NCBI GenBank assembly: GCA_023249645.1
Contig: JAHFCF010000002.1
Location: 64,806-128,805, forward strand
From: Elusimicrobiota bacterium
GTDB taxonomy: Bacteria; Elusimicrobiota; Elusimicrobia; UBA1565; UBA9628
Reading direction: 5' to 3'
Length of the DNA stretch: 64,000 nucleotides
The notes below the pieces were generated by a model, which was not told where the DNA came from, searched no databases, and was given only the letters and a program-made list of their open reading frames with translations. The position numbers and the translations under genes were made by a program. Positions 46,165-54,539 of the stretch are shown one piece after another; position 1 is the first letter of the stretch, and every line of letters begins with the position of its first letter.

Positions 46165-46835
46165 ACTGGAGACCTGGCGTCGCAGGTTTGTCCGGAGGCT
46201 TTGCCGGTGCCTTGGCTGGGCACATCGCCGTGACCCTCATCACGCGCCTCGGCGCGCAGCTCTGGCTCGTCGGCCCCTACGGCCCTCCCATGCAGTTCTT
46301 CGCCATGTCGGTCTATCTCGGCTTCTTGTACGCCAGCATCGCCGGGGCTCTCTCTCGCCAGATCCGTCCCGCCTTAGTCGGCTTCGGGAGCGCCTGCCTC
46401 CCCATCGCTCTGCCCATGACGATCCTGACCCATTGGCCCGGCCCCTTGCGCGCCTTCCTCCATCTGCTCGCAAGATCTCCCGCCATCACTGTCAGGCTCA
46501 TGCGCGCCCTGCATGTGCTCAACCCGATCGCCTTGATCTGGACCATCGCGGTCCTGACCGTCTACCTCGTCGCGACCTGGGGGACGACGCTCGCCCTGGG
46601 GGCGCTGCTATGCCCCGCGCGGCGATGGCTCGGAGCGATCTTGGCCGCTGTCGGCTCCGGGGCCGGCTATCTGGCCCTGCAACTCTTCGCCCATTTCATC
46701 CCGCTGCCGAGCCGATGGGATCCCACGAGCTTCATTCCCGCGCCCCTGGACCTGCTCACCGGGCTCTTGATCGGCGCCGGCATGGGCGCGGGCATCGGCT
46801 GGGCGCAAGACCGGCAGCACAAGGAGCCATCATGA
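46161..46835 (+). CDS. Hypothetical integral membrane protein
   Basis: About 6 hydrophobic helices; ATGA-coupled to both neighbours. Confidence 0.7.
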   Translation: MNWRPGVAGLSGGFAGALAGHIAVTLITRLGAQLWLVGPYGPPMQFFAMSVYLGFLYASIAGALSRQIRPALVGFGSACLPIALPMTILTHWPGPLRAFLHLLARSPAITVRLMRALHVLNPIALIWTIAVLTVYLVATWGTTLALGALLCPARRWLGAILAAVGSGAGYLALQLFAHFIPLPSRWDPTSFIPAPLDLLTGLLIGAGMGAGIGWAQDRQHKEPS

Positions 46836-48193
46836 AGCTCGCCACTCCGGACATCCTCAAGGAAACCGAACACGCCTTGGACCTCGTGGCCAAGGATTCG
46901 CTCACCGCGGAAGACAAGGCTTGGCTCACGCAGGTCACGGCGGACTATTACGCGAACTTCGTCAATCCCGGCATACTCGAGTACCGCAAGTCCGTCTCGA
47001 CCGACTACGTCTCCGTGGAGTGGTCGGACCACGCCAACAGCTTCGAGGACGTCCAGGGCCGCCGCTACCTCGACCTCCTGGGAGGCTACGGCATCTACAA
47101 CGTGGGCCATCGCCATCCCAAGGTCGTGGAGGCCGTCTCGCATCAGCTCAAGCGCCAGGCCCTGCATTCCCAGGAACTCCTTGAGCCCTTCCGCGCCATT
47201 TTGGCCAAGCTCATCAACGACATCACCCCCGGGGACCTGCAGTTCTCCTTTTTCGGCAATTCCGGCGCCGAGGCCATCGAAGGAGCCATGAAACTCGCCA
47301 TGCTCCACACGGGCCGCAAATCCTTCATCGCGGCCAACGCGGGCTTCCACGGAAAGACCCTGGGCGCGCTCTCGGCCACGGCCAAAGCCAAGTTCCGCCA
47401 ACCTTTTTTGCCGATCCTCCCCGACTGCTACCACATCCCTTTCGGCGACGCGGACTACATCGAGTCGGCCTTGAAATCCGCCGACGAAGTGGGCAACGAC
47501 ATCGCGGCCGTCATCCTCGAGCCCATCCAGGGAGAGGGGGGCATCAACGTGCCGCCGGACGACTATTTCCCGCGCGTGCGCGAGCTCTGCGACCGATTCG
47601 GAGCGCTCCTCATCGCCGACGAGATCCAGACGGGCTTCGGCCGCACGGGCCGGATGTGGTGCGTGGACCATTGGGACGTGGTGCCCGACATCATGTGCAT
47701 GGGAAAATCCATGGGCGGCGGAGTCATGCCGATTGGCGCCTTCGTCTCGAACAAGACCATCTGGGAGCACCTCTTCCCAGAGCCCTGGCTGCATTCGACC
47801 ACCTTCGGCGGCAACCCCCTCTCCTGCGTGGCCGCGATCGCCGGCATCCACGTGCTTCTGGACGAGAAGCTCCCCGAGCGGGCGGACAAGATGGGGACCG
47901 AGATGATCGCCAAGCTCAAGGCCCTGCGCCGGCGCTTCCCGAAACTCTGCGCGGACATACGCGGCAAGGGCCTGATGATCGGCATGGAGTTTCCCACGGA
48001 TGCCATCGGCTACGAGGTAGCCAAGGGCCTCTTCGACCACGGCGTGCTGGTGGCAGGCACGCTCTTCTCAGCCAAGACCCTGCGCATCGAGCCGCCCTTA
48101 ACCCTCACGCCCAAGGAGATGGACCAGGCACTCGACGCCATCGAGAAGGTCTTTAAGGAAACCAACGCCAAGCATTTCGAAAAGAAGAAGTAG
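46832..48193 (+). CDS. patA: Putrescine aminotransferase (class III PLP)
   Basis: VNPGILEYRKSV, DLLGGYGIYNVGHRHP, LHSQELL, DEIQTGFGRTG, HSTTFGGNPLSC, RIEPPL. Confidence 0.9.
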   Translation: MKLATPDILKETEHALDLVAKDSLTAEDKAWLTQVTADYYANFVNPGILEYRKSVSTDYVSVEWSDHANSFEDVQGRRYLDLLGGYGIYNVGHRHPKVVEAVSHQLKRQALHSQELLEPFRAILAKLINDITPGDLQFSFFGNSGAEAIEGAMKLAMLHTGRKSFIAANAGFHGKTLGALSATAKAKFRQPFLPILPDCYHIPFGDADYIESALKSADEVGNDIAAVILEPIQGEGGINVPPDDYFPRVRELCDRFGALLIADEIQTGFGRTGRMWCVDHWDVVPDIMCMGKSMGGGVMPIGAFVSNKTIWEHLFPEPWLHSTTFGGNPLSCVAAIAGIHVLLDEKLPERADKMGTEMIAKLKALRRRFPKLCADIRGKGLMIGMEFPTDAIGYEVAKGLFDHGVLVAGTLFSAKTLRIEPPLTLTPKEMDQALDAIEKVFKETNAKHFEKKK

Positions 48194-48217
48194 TACCAGG
48201 TTGTCATTTTTTTAAAG

Positions 48218-48248
48218 AAATACGGAAAATACGTGAAGGTCTGACCCC
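48218..48248 (+). repeat. Dispersed 31-nt repeat, copy 3
   Basis: AAATACGGAAAATACGTGAAGGTCTGACCCC, 28/31 identical to copy 1. Confidence 0.85.
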
Positions 48249-48280
48249 GATTCTTTAAAATTTTGTATTATTATCGCGCA

Positions 48281-49450
48281 ATGGCAGACGCCTCGAGCTC
48301 AACCCAGGAGCTCGCCTCCAAAGAACCGAAACCTCCGTCCGCCGGCCCACTCCTCGAAGTCTCCGGGATCGTCAAATCCTTCGGCCGCACCAAGGTCATC
48401 GCCGGCGTCAGCTTCCACGTCGCCGCCGGCGAGTTCTTGACGCTCCTGGGCCCGTCGGGCTGCGGCAAGACCACGACTCTGCGCATCATCGCGGGCTTCG
48501 AGCAGGCGGACAAGGGACGCGTGTTCCTCAAGGGCGAGGACGTCACGACCCGGCCACCCTACCTGCGCGACGTGCACACGGTCTTCCAGCACTACGCCCT
48601 CTTCCCTCACTACAACGTCTTCGACAACGTCGCCTTCGGCCTGCGCATCCAGAAGCTCCCCAAGCGCCAGATCAAGACCCGAGTGACCGAGGTCCTCGAT
48701 CTCGTCAAGCTCTCCGGCTATGAGAAGCGCCGCACGACCGAGATGTCAGGCGGCCAGATGCAGCGCATCGCCCTGGCCCGGGCCCTGGCCGGACGACCCT
48801 CCCTGCTCCTTTTAGACGAGCCTCTGGGCGCCCTGGACCTGAAGCTGCGCCGCGAGATGCAGCTTGAGCTCAAGGCCATCCAAAGGCGCCTGGGCATCGC
48901 CTTCATCTACGTCACCCACGACCAGGACGAAGCCATGGCCATGTCGGACCGCATCGTCGTCTTCCATCACGGCCGCATCGAGCAGATCGGCACCCCCTCC
49001 GAAGTCTATCGCAAGCCCAAGACCAGCTTCGTGGCGGATTTCATGGGCTCGGCCAACATCCTCTCCGGCCGCCTCATCGGCTTCAAGGACGGCTGCGTGC
49101 GCATCCGCCTGGAGGACGAGGTCGAGGTGGAGTTCCCCTACGCCGATCCCCTGCCGGTGGCGCAAGGCCAGGCGCTCTGCGTGGCGATTAGGCCTGAGCG
49201 CATCTCCGTGCGCTATGAAGGCGATCTGCCTCTGCGGGGCAGCTGCGTCTCCTTGCCCGCGATCCTGGCCGACACGGTGAGCCTCGGCGACGAGACCCAG
49301 ATGTTCCTCGCCTTCTTCAAGAATTCCACGAAGACCGTGCTCTCCGCCACCATGGAGGCGCGCCACCAGAATGAGAGGCGCGACGGCACTCCGGTCTGGG
49401 CCGACATCCGCTGGCGCGACATCCTTCTCCTGGAGCCTGAGGGTGAGTGA
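48281..49450 (+). CDS. potA: Spermidine/putrescine ABC transporter ATPase
   Basis: GPSGCGKTT, VFQHYALFPH, SGGQMQR, LLDEPLGALDLKLR, TOBE-like tail. Confidence 0.9.
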   Translation: MADASSSTQELASKEPKPPSAGPLLEVSGIVKSFGRTKVIAGVSFHVAAGEFLTLLGPSGCGKTTTLRIIAGFEQADKGRVFLKGEDVTTRPPYLRDVHTVFQHYALFPHYNVFDNVAFGLRIQKLPKRQIKTRVTEVLDLVKLSGYEKRRTTEMSGGQMQRIALARALAGRPSLLLLDEPLGALDLKLRREMQLELKAIQRRLGIAFIYVTHDQDEAMAMSDRIVVFHHGRIEQIGTPSEVYRKPKTSFVADFMGSANILSGRLIGFKDGCVRIRLEDEVEVEFPYADPLPVAQGQALCVAIRPERISVRYEGDLPLRGSCVSLPAILADTVSLGDETQMFLAFFKNSTKTVLSATMEARHQNERRDGTPVWADIRWRDILLLEPEGE

Positions 49451-50525
49451 TCCGGATCGCCGACTCACGCGCCGCGATTTCCTGAGATTGGGCGTTCTGG
49501 CGCCCGCCCTGCCGCCGCTGCTCTCCGGCGCGCTCTCGGCGTGCTTCAAGCGCGAGAAGGAGAATGCCGTCAATTTCTTCAACTGGTCCGCCTACATCGG
49601 CAAGGACACGCTGCCCGCCTTCAGCCGGGAGACCGGCATCAAGGTCAACTACGACGTCTACGCCGACGAAGAGGAGATGTTCGCCAAGCTCCGCTCGGGC
49701 GCCTTGGGCTACGACCTCATCGTCCCGACGGACTACCTGGTGCCGCGCCTGAAGGCGGCCATGCTGATCGCGCCCATCCCCATGGAGGGCCTGAAGAATC
49801 TCCACAACATCGACAAGCGCTTCCTCCACACCCCCTTCGATCCTCAGCAGGAGATCAGCGTCCCCTATCTGTGGGGCACCACCGGCATCGGCTACAACAA
49901 GAAGCTGGTCTCCAAACCTCCGACCTCCTGGCGCGCGCTTTGGGACGAGAAATACCAGGGCCGCATCTGCGTGCTCGACAGCGCGAGGGAATGCATCGGC
50001 ATCTCCCTGCTCTTGAACGGCTGCGATGAGAACACGACCTCGGAGAAGGATTTCGAGGCCGCCAAGGCTCTGCTCTTGAAGCAAAAGCCCCTGGTCAAGC
50101 AGTACACGAGCACCACCTACGTGGACAGCCTCGTGGCCGGCGAGGCGGCCCTGGCCATGGCCTATTCCGGCGACGTCCTGCAGGCCATCAAGGAGAACCC
50201 GCACCTCGACTACATCATCCCCCAGGAAGGGAGCTTCCTGTGGATGGACTGCCTCTGCCTCATGCGCGGAGCGCCGCATCCCGAACAAGCCCTCCAGCTC
50301 ATCGATTACCTCCTGCGGCCGGAAGTTTCCGCTGACATCTCCAACACGGTCCGCTACGGCACGCCCAACGCGTCGGCTCGATCGCAGATCGAGCCGACGC
50401 TGAGGCATGACCCGCGCTGTTATCCTCCCTCCTCGGTCATGAGCCGCCTGCGCTACCACACGCCTCCCGACTCGGAGGCCTATTCCCTTTGGAACGAGAC
50501 CTGGTCCGACGTGAAGGCCCTTTAG
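49443..50525 (+). CDS. potD: Polyamine-binding lipoprotein with Tat signal
   Basis: TRRDFLRLG...LSAC; NWSAYI, YDLIVPTDY, PYLWGTTGIGYN, YSGD, PQEGSFLWMD. Confidence 0.9.
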   Translation: MSDPDRRLTRRDFLRLGVLAPALPPLLSGALSACFKREKENAVNFFNWSAYIGKDTLPAFSRETGIKVNYDVYADEEEMFAKLRSGALGYDLIVPTDYLVPRLKAAMLIAPIPMEGLKNLHNIDKRFLHTPFDPQQEISVPYLWGTTGIGYNKKLVSKPPTSWRALWDEKYQGRICVLDSARECIGISLLLNGCDENTTSEKDFEAAKALLLKQKPLVKQYTSTTYVDSLVAGEAALAMAYSGDVLQAIKENPHLDYIIPQEGSFLWMDCLCLMRGAPHPEQALQLIDYLLRPEVSADISNTVRYGTPNASARSQIEPTLRHDPRCYPPSSVMSRLRYHTPPDSEAYSLWNETWSDVKAL

Positions 50526-50578
50526 AAAGGGCCGCTTCCTGGCTCATCAGAGGGGCAAGCCCCGCTGCCAGCCACGCC

Positions 50579-51409
50579 ATGCTGGCGCCGGCCTCCCTTT
50601 GGCTGCTGGCCTTCCTCATCCTTCCGGTGGCCTCTCTTCTGATCCTCGGCTTCACCCACCGAGGAGCTTTCGGCGCCTGCGAATGGGTCTTCACCTGGGA
50701 CAATTTCCGCCGCGCCATGGACGTCAAGTATCTTCCCATCATGCTGCGCACCGTGTCCTACGCCGGCACGGCGACGCTCTTATGCCTTCTTCTCGGCTAC
50801 CCTCTCGCCTATTTTTTGAGCTTCCAGGCGGGCAAGCGCCGCGATCTTTTCTTGGTGCTGCTCATGATCCCTTTCTGGACGTCATGCCTGGTCGCCCTCT
50901 ATTCCTGGATCATCATCCTGGGCCGCGAGGGCCTCATCAGCCACCTGCTAATGAGGCTCGGCATCATCTCCAAACCCGCCAGCTTCCTCGGCACTCCCGC
51001 CGCGGTCATCCTCGGCTTGGTCTATTTCTATCTGCCCTTCATGGTCCTGCCGCTCTACGCCGCCTTGGAGAAGATCCCGCGCACCTATGTCGAAGCCGCC
51101 CATGACCTCGGCGCCGGCAAGTTCGAGGCTTTCCGCAAAGTCACCTTCCCCCTGTCCATGCCGGGAGTCATGGCCGGCGTGATCCTGACCTTCGTGCCCT
51201 GCATGGGGGACTTCCTCTCGGCGGATTTCCTCGGCAGTCCGCGCACCTATCTGGTGGGCAACCTCATCCAGAATCAATTCCTCATGGTCCAGGACTGGCA
51301 GTTCGGCTCCGCTCTGACCTCGCTCATCGTCTTGTTCCTCATCACGGGCCTGTGGGCTCGGCATATCTTCGAGGAACAGGGAGTTTTCGAAGGGGAGGGG
51401 GAAGAGTGA
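50579..51409 (+). CDS. potB: Polyamine ABC permease
   Basis: LLGYPLAY, IPFWTS, YLPFMVLPLY, EAAHDLGA; start uncertain. Confidence 0.9.
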   Translation: MLAPASLWLLAFLILPVASLLILGFTHRGAFGACEWVFTWDNFRRAMDVKYLPIMLRTVSYAGTATLLCLLLGYPLAYFLSFQAGKRRDLFLVLLMIPFWTSCLVALYSWIIILGREGLISHLLMRLGIISKPASFLGTPAAVILGLVYFYLPFMVLPLYAALEKIPRTYVEAAHDLGAGKFEAFRKVTFPLSMPGVMAGVILTFVPCMGDFLSADFLGSPRTYLVGNLIQNQFLMVQDWQFGSALTSLIVLFLITGLWARHIFEEQGVFEGEGEE

Positions 51410-52269
51410 AGCGACGGCCGACGGCCCCCCGACGGAAAAAAGCTCCCCAGCGGGGGGGGCTCTGGGGCGCGACAGAAAAGCTGTCGCGCTTGAGAAAGAC
51501 AAACGGATTATTGGCCTACTGCCTTGGGCTCTACGGTTTTCTCTACCTGCCCCTGGCCGTCATGGTCGCTTTCTCCTTCAACGGCGCGCGGCGCAACGTG
51601 GTCTGGACGGGGTTCACGTTCAAATGGTACGCCAGTCTCTTCCACAACGCGGAGATGGCCCGCGCCATGGCCACGACCCTGGAGATCGCCGTGGCCGCCA
51701 GCGTCATGGCCGCGGCCATGGGCATGCTCGCCGCCTACGCCATGACGCGCCATGCCCCGTTCCGCGGCCGAGGGCTTTACGCGGCGCTTTTGAACGCCCC
51801 TCTCATGATGCCCGAGATCGTCATGGGGGTTGGTCTTCTCTCCTTCTTTTCCCGCGTGGGTCTCCCTTTGAACTTCTGGAGCCTGGCGTGCGCCCACGCC
51901 TTGATCGCGCTGCCCTACACCACGGGCTCGATCAGGGCAAGACTTCTGTCGCTCAAGGATTCCAATCTGGAAGACGCTGCCATGGATCTGGGCGCGACCG
52001 AATGGCAGGCCTTCCGCCAGATCACGCTGCCCCTGGCCCGGCCGGCCATCATCAGCGGAGCACTTCTGGCCTTCACGGTCAGCTTCGAAGACTTCGTGAC
52101 CACCTTCTTCATCGCGGGCATCGGGATTGTGACCATGCCCATCAAGGTCTATTCCATGATGAAATTCGGCGTGACCCCGGAGGTCAATGCCTTGGCCTCG
52201 TGTCTCTTGGTCCTCACCATCATCGCTCTCACCATCAACCGAACCCTCGTCAAAGAGACAAAGTCTTAA
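51406..52269 (+). CDS. potC: Polyamine ABC permease
   Basis: FLYLPL...FSFN, GFTFKWY, MPEIVMGV, EDAAMDLGA, GVTPEVNA; start uncertain. Confidence 0.9.
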   Translation: MKRRPTAPRRKKAPQRGGLWGATEKLSRLRKTNGLLAYCLGLYGFLYLPLAVMVAFSFNGARRNVVWTGFTFKWYASLFHNAEMARAMATTLEIAVAASVMAAAMGMLAAYAMTRHAPFRGRGLYAALLNAPLMMPEIVMGVGLLSFFSRVGLPLNFWSLACAHALIALPYTTGSIRARLLSLKDSNLEDAAMDLGATEWQAFRQITLPLARPAIISGALLAFTVSFEDFVTTFFIAGIGIVTMPIKVYSMMKFGVTPEVNALASCLLVLTIIALTINRTLVKETKS

Positions 52270-52307
52270 AAAATGCTTATAAAATAAGCATTTTTATTTT
52301 AACGACA

Positions 52308-52398
52308 TAGGTCTTTGGACCCAGGATTGCCTGGGTCCTTTATCCAAGAGAAGCTGGGACTTAAGGCCCCTGCGGTATGCCGGGATTCCGGGTATATA
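52308..52398 (+). promoter_or_regulatory. Triple-box promoter B
   Basis: TAGGTCTTTGGACCCA (52308), TGGGTCCTTTATCCAA (52332), TGGGACTTAAGGCCCC (52355); -10-like TATATA at 52393. Confidence 0.75.
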
Positions 52399-52404
52399 GG
52401 GAGT

Positions 52405-53115
52405 ATGCAGACGGCATTGAAAAACAACAAAAAAATGGACAGATTCAGGCATCGGTCCTCTTCTATCGCAGCCGCGGGCGTGCTGCTCGCCTGCATCCTC
52501 TGCGCCCACGCCATCGTGCCCAATCCGAGGTCCATCGATCTCACTCCGCCGGCGCGGCTCGTCGTTGCCGTGCCGCAGCCGAGCCCGGCCTACCGCTACA
52601 CGTTCCGCCATCTCCTCTCCCATCCCAAGATCACGGATCATTATGACGCCATCATCCTGCGCGAAGCCAAGAAGCATCACATGGATCCAAGGCTCGTCAA
52701 AGCCATCATCGCGGCTGAATCGGAATTCGACATGAAAGCCCTTTCCCCGCGAGGCGCCCGGGGCCTCATGCAGGTCCTGCCGATCACCGCTGATGAGATG
52801 AAAATGCCTCGCCAAGCCCTTCAAACCCCGGAAGGCAACATCGCCATCGGCACGGCTTATCTGGAGCTCCTCTTTAAGACGGCCTGGCGGCAGAATCGAT
52901 TCCACGCCATGGATTACGCCGACGCGCCGCCCTGGCTCATCCAGCGCATCATCGCCGCCTACAACGCCGGGCCCAGCTCCCTGCACCGCGACCATTGGGT
53001 GCGCCAGACCCGCGGCTACGTCAAGAAGGTCCTGCTCTTCTACCAGTCCGACGTCGCGACGCTGCGGCCCGCTTCCCGATGGAATTTCCTCGGGCAGCTG
53101 GCCTCAAACCCTTGA
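52405..53115 (+). CDS. SLT-domain lytic transglycosylase with N-terminal TM/signal
   Basis: LVKAIIAAESEF, SPRGARGLMQV, NIAIGTAYL, AAYNAG, TRGYVKKV; start 52405 or 52435. Confidence 0.92.
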   Translation: MQTALKNNKKMDRFRHRSSSIAAAGVLLACILCAHAIVPNPRSIDLTPPARLVVAVPQPSPAYRYTFRHLLSHPKITDHYDAIILREAKKHHMDPRLVKAIIAAESEFDMKALSPRGARGLMQVLPITADEMKMPRQALQTPEGNIAIGTAYLELLFKTAWRQNRFHAMDYADAPPWLIQRIIAAYNAGPSSLHRDHWVRQTRGYVKKVLLFYQSDVATLRPASRWNFLGQLASNP

Positions 53116-53464
53116 CTGCCGCGCAGTCCTTGCGGATCTGTTCCACGAGTTCATCCAGCGTGTCAAAACGTTTCTCATCCCTCAGCTTCTTGATGAAGCG
53201 GACCTCCATCTGCTCTCCGTAGAGGTCATCCTTGAATCCCGGGACATGGACCTCCACCCAGACCGCGTTCGAAGGCCCCAAGGTCGGGCGCACGCCCACG
53301 TTGCAGAGCGCCGGACGGGCTTTTCCTCCCCAGACAGCCTCGGCGAGATAGACCCCGAAGGGGGGGAGGTCTTTTTTGGGGATATGGATATTGGCGGTCG
53401 CAAAGCCCAGACGCCGACCCAGACCCAAGCCCGGCACCACGAGACCCGAGACTGAAGTGATCAT
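53021..53464 (-). CDS. Monofunctional riboflavin kinase (RibF C-terminal domain only)
   Basis: GLVVPG.GLGRRLGFATAN, GVY, NVGVRPT, EVHV, DLYG, LRDEKRF; no FAD synthetase domain. Confidence 0.88.
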   Translation of the reverse strand: MITSVSGLVVPGLGLGRRLGFATANIHIPKKDLPPFGVYLAEAVWGGKARPALCNVGVRPTLGPSNAVWVEVHVPGFKDDLYGEQMEVRFIKKLRDEKRFDTLDELVEQIRKDCAAVKGLRPAARGNSIGKRAAASRRRTGRRAGPS

Positions 53465-54186
53465 GAGACAGGCGCGGCAGCGAGATCCTTGCTCCAACGA
53501 GCCAAGGAAGAGGCAAAAAGCCGCTGAAGTTCTTCGCCCCGGAGGGCTTTGAGCATCCCCAGATCGAGAGCATCCTCCACCCGGAAATCCGCGATGCGCT
53601 CCCGGCGCAGGGTCAAGACCGTCGCGCCGCAGCCCAAGCGCCGCCCGACCAGCTCGGCCAAGGACCTCACATAGGTGCCGCTCGAGCAGGACAATCGATG
53701 CTCGAAATCCGGGCTCTCGAGAGCCAGCGCCTTCCAGGACAGGACCTGGCAGGTGCGTAGCTTGACTGGCACAGGTAAGCCAGCTCTGACGTATTTATAA
53801 AGCGGCCGGCCCTTGTGCTTGACCGCGGAATAAGCGGGCGCCGCCATCTCCTGCACGCCGAGCAAAGAATCCAGGCACGCCTGCACGGCCGCCACGGTAA
53901 GGGAAGGGACTGATTTTTGCTCCAGGACTCGGCCCGTGATGTCTCCCGTGTCGGTGAGCACGCCCAGCCGGATCTTGCCGGCGTAGACCTTGTCCAAGCC
54001 CTGCAGACGGCCCTGCAGGCGCGTGCAGGGCCCCGCGAGTATGATCAGCAGCCCCGTAGCCAGAGGATCGAGTGTGCCGCAATGGCCGACCTTGGTCTGG
54101 CCGGGCAGCATGCGGCGCACCACCGCGACCGCGTCGTGAGAGGTCCAACCCTCGGGCTTGTCGAAGAGGAGAAGGCCCGACGTCAT
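53461..54186 (-). CDS. truB: tRNA pseudouridine(55) synthase
   Basis: DKPEGWTSHD, KVGHCGTLDPLATG, PAYSAVK, CSSGTYVRSL. Confidence 0.95.
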   Translation of the reverse strand: MTSGLLLFDKPEGWTSHDAVAVVRRMLPGQTKVGHCGTLDPLATGLLIILAGPCTRLQGRLQGLDKVYAGKIRLGVLTDTGDITGRVLEQKSVPSLTVAAVQACLDSLLGVQEMAAPAYSAVKHKGRPLYKYVRAGLPVPVKLRTCQVLSWKALALESPDFEHRLSCSSGTYVRSLAELVGRRLGCGATVLTLRRERIADFRVEDALDLGMLKALRGEELQRLFASSLARWSKDLAAAPVS

Positions 54187-54533
54187 TTCTCGCGTTCCTG
54201 CTCGATGCGGCCCAGGATCTTGTCCACCTGGGAGGCCCGGCGGGGGGTGTCGTCGAACTCGAAAATCAGGCGCGGGATGACCCGCAAAGAAAGCCTCTTG
54301 ACCAGGAGATGATGCAGATAGGGCGCCGAGCGCGTCAGGGCCCGGGCCGTCATCGCTCGCTCCTTGGCGTTGCCCAGGACCGAATAGAAGACGATCACGG
54401 TCTTTCGGTCGGAGCTGAGATTGATGTCCGTCAGGGTCACGAGGCCCGAGATGCCCGGGTCCTTGACGTCGCGCAAGGCCTTCACGATCTCCGCGCGGAA
54501 AAGCTCCTTCAAGCGTTCGTCGCGGGAGAACAT
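54183..54533 (-). CDS. rbfA: Ribosome-binding factor A
   Basis: VKDP, LRVIPRLIFEFD; located between infB and truB. Confidence 0.92.
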   Translation of the reverse strand: MFSRDERLKELFRAEIVKALRDVKDPGISGLVTLTDINLSSDRKTVIVFYSVLGNAKERAMTARALTRSAPYLHHLLVKRLSLRVIPRLIFEFDDTPRRASQVDKILGRIEQEREK

Positions 54534-54539
54534 GCGCGT

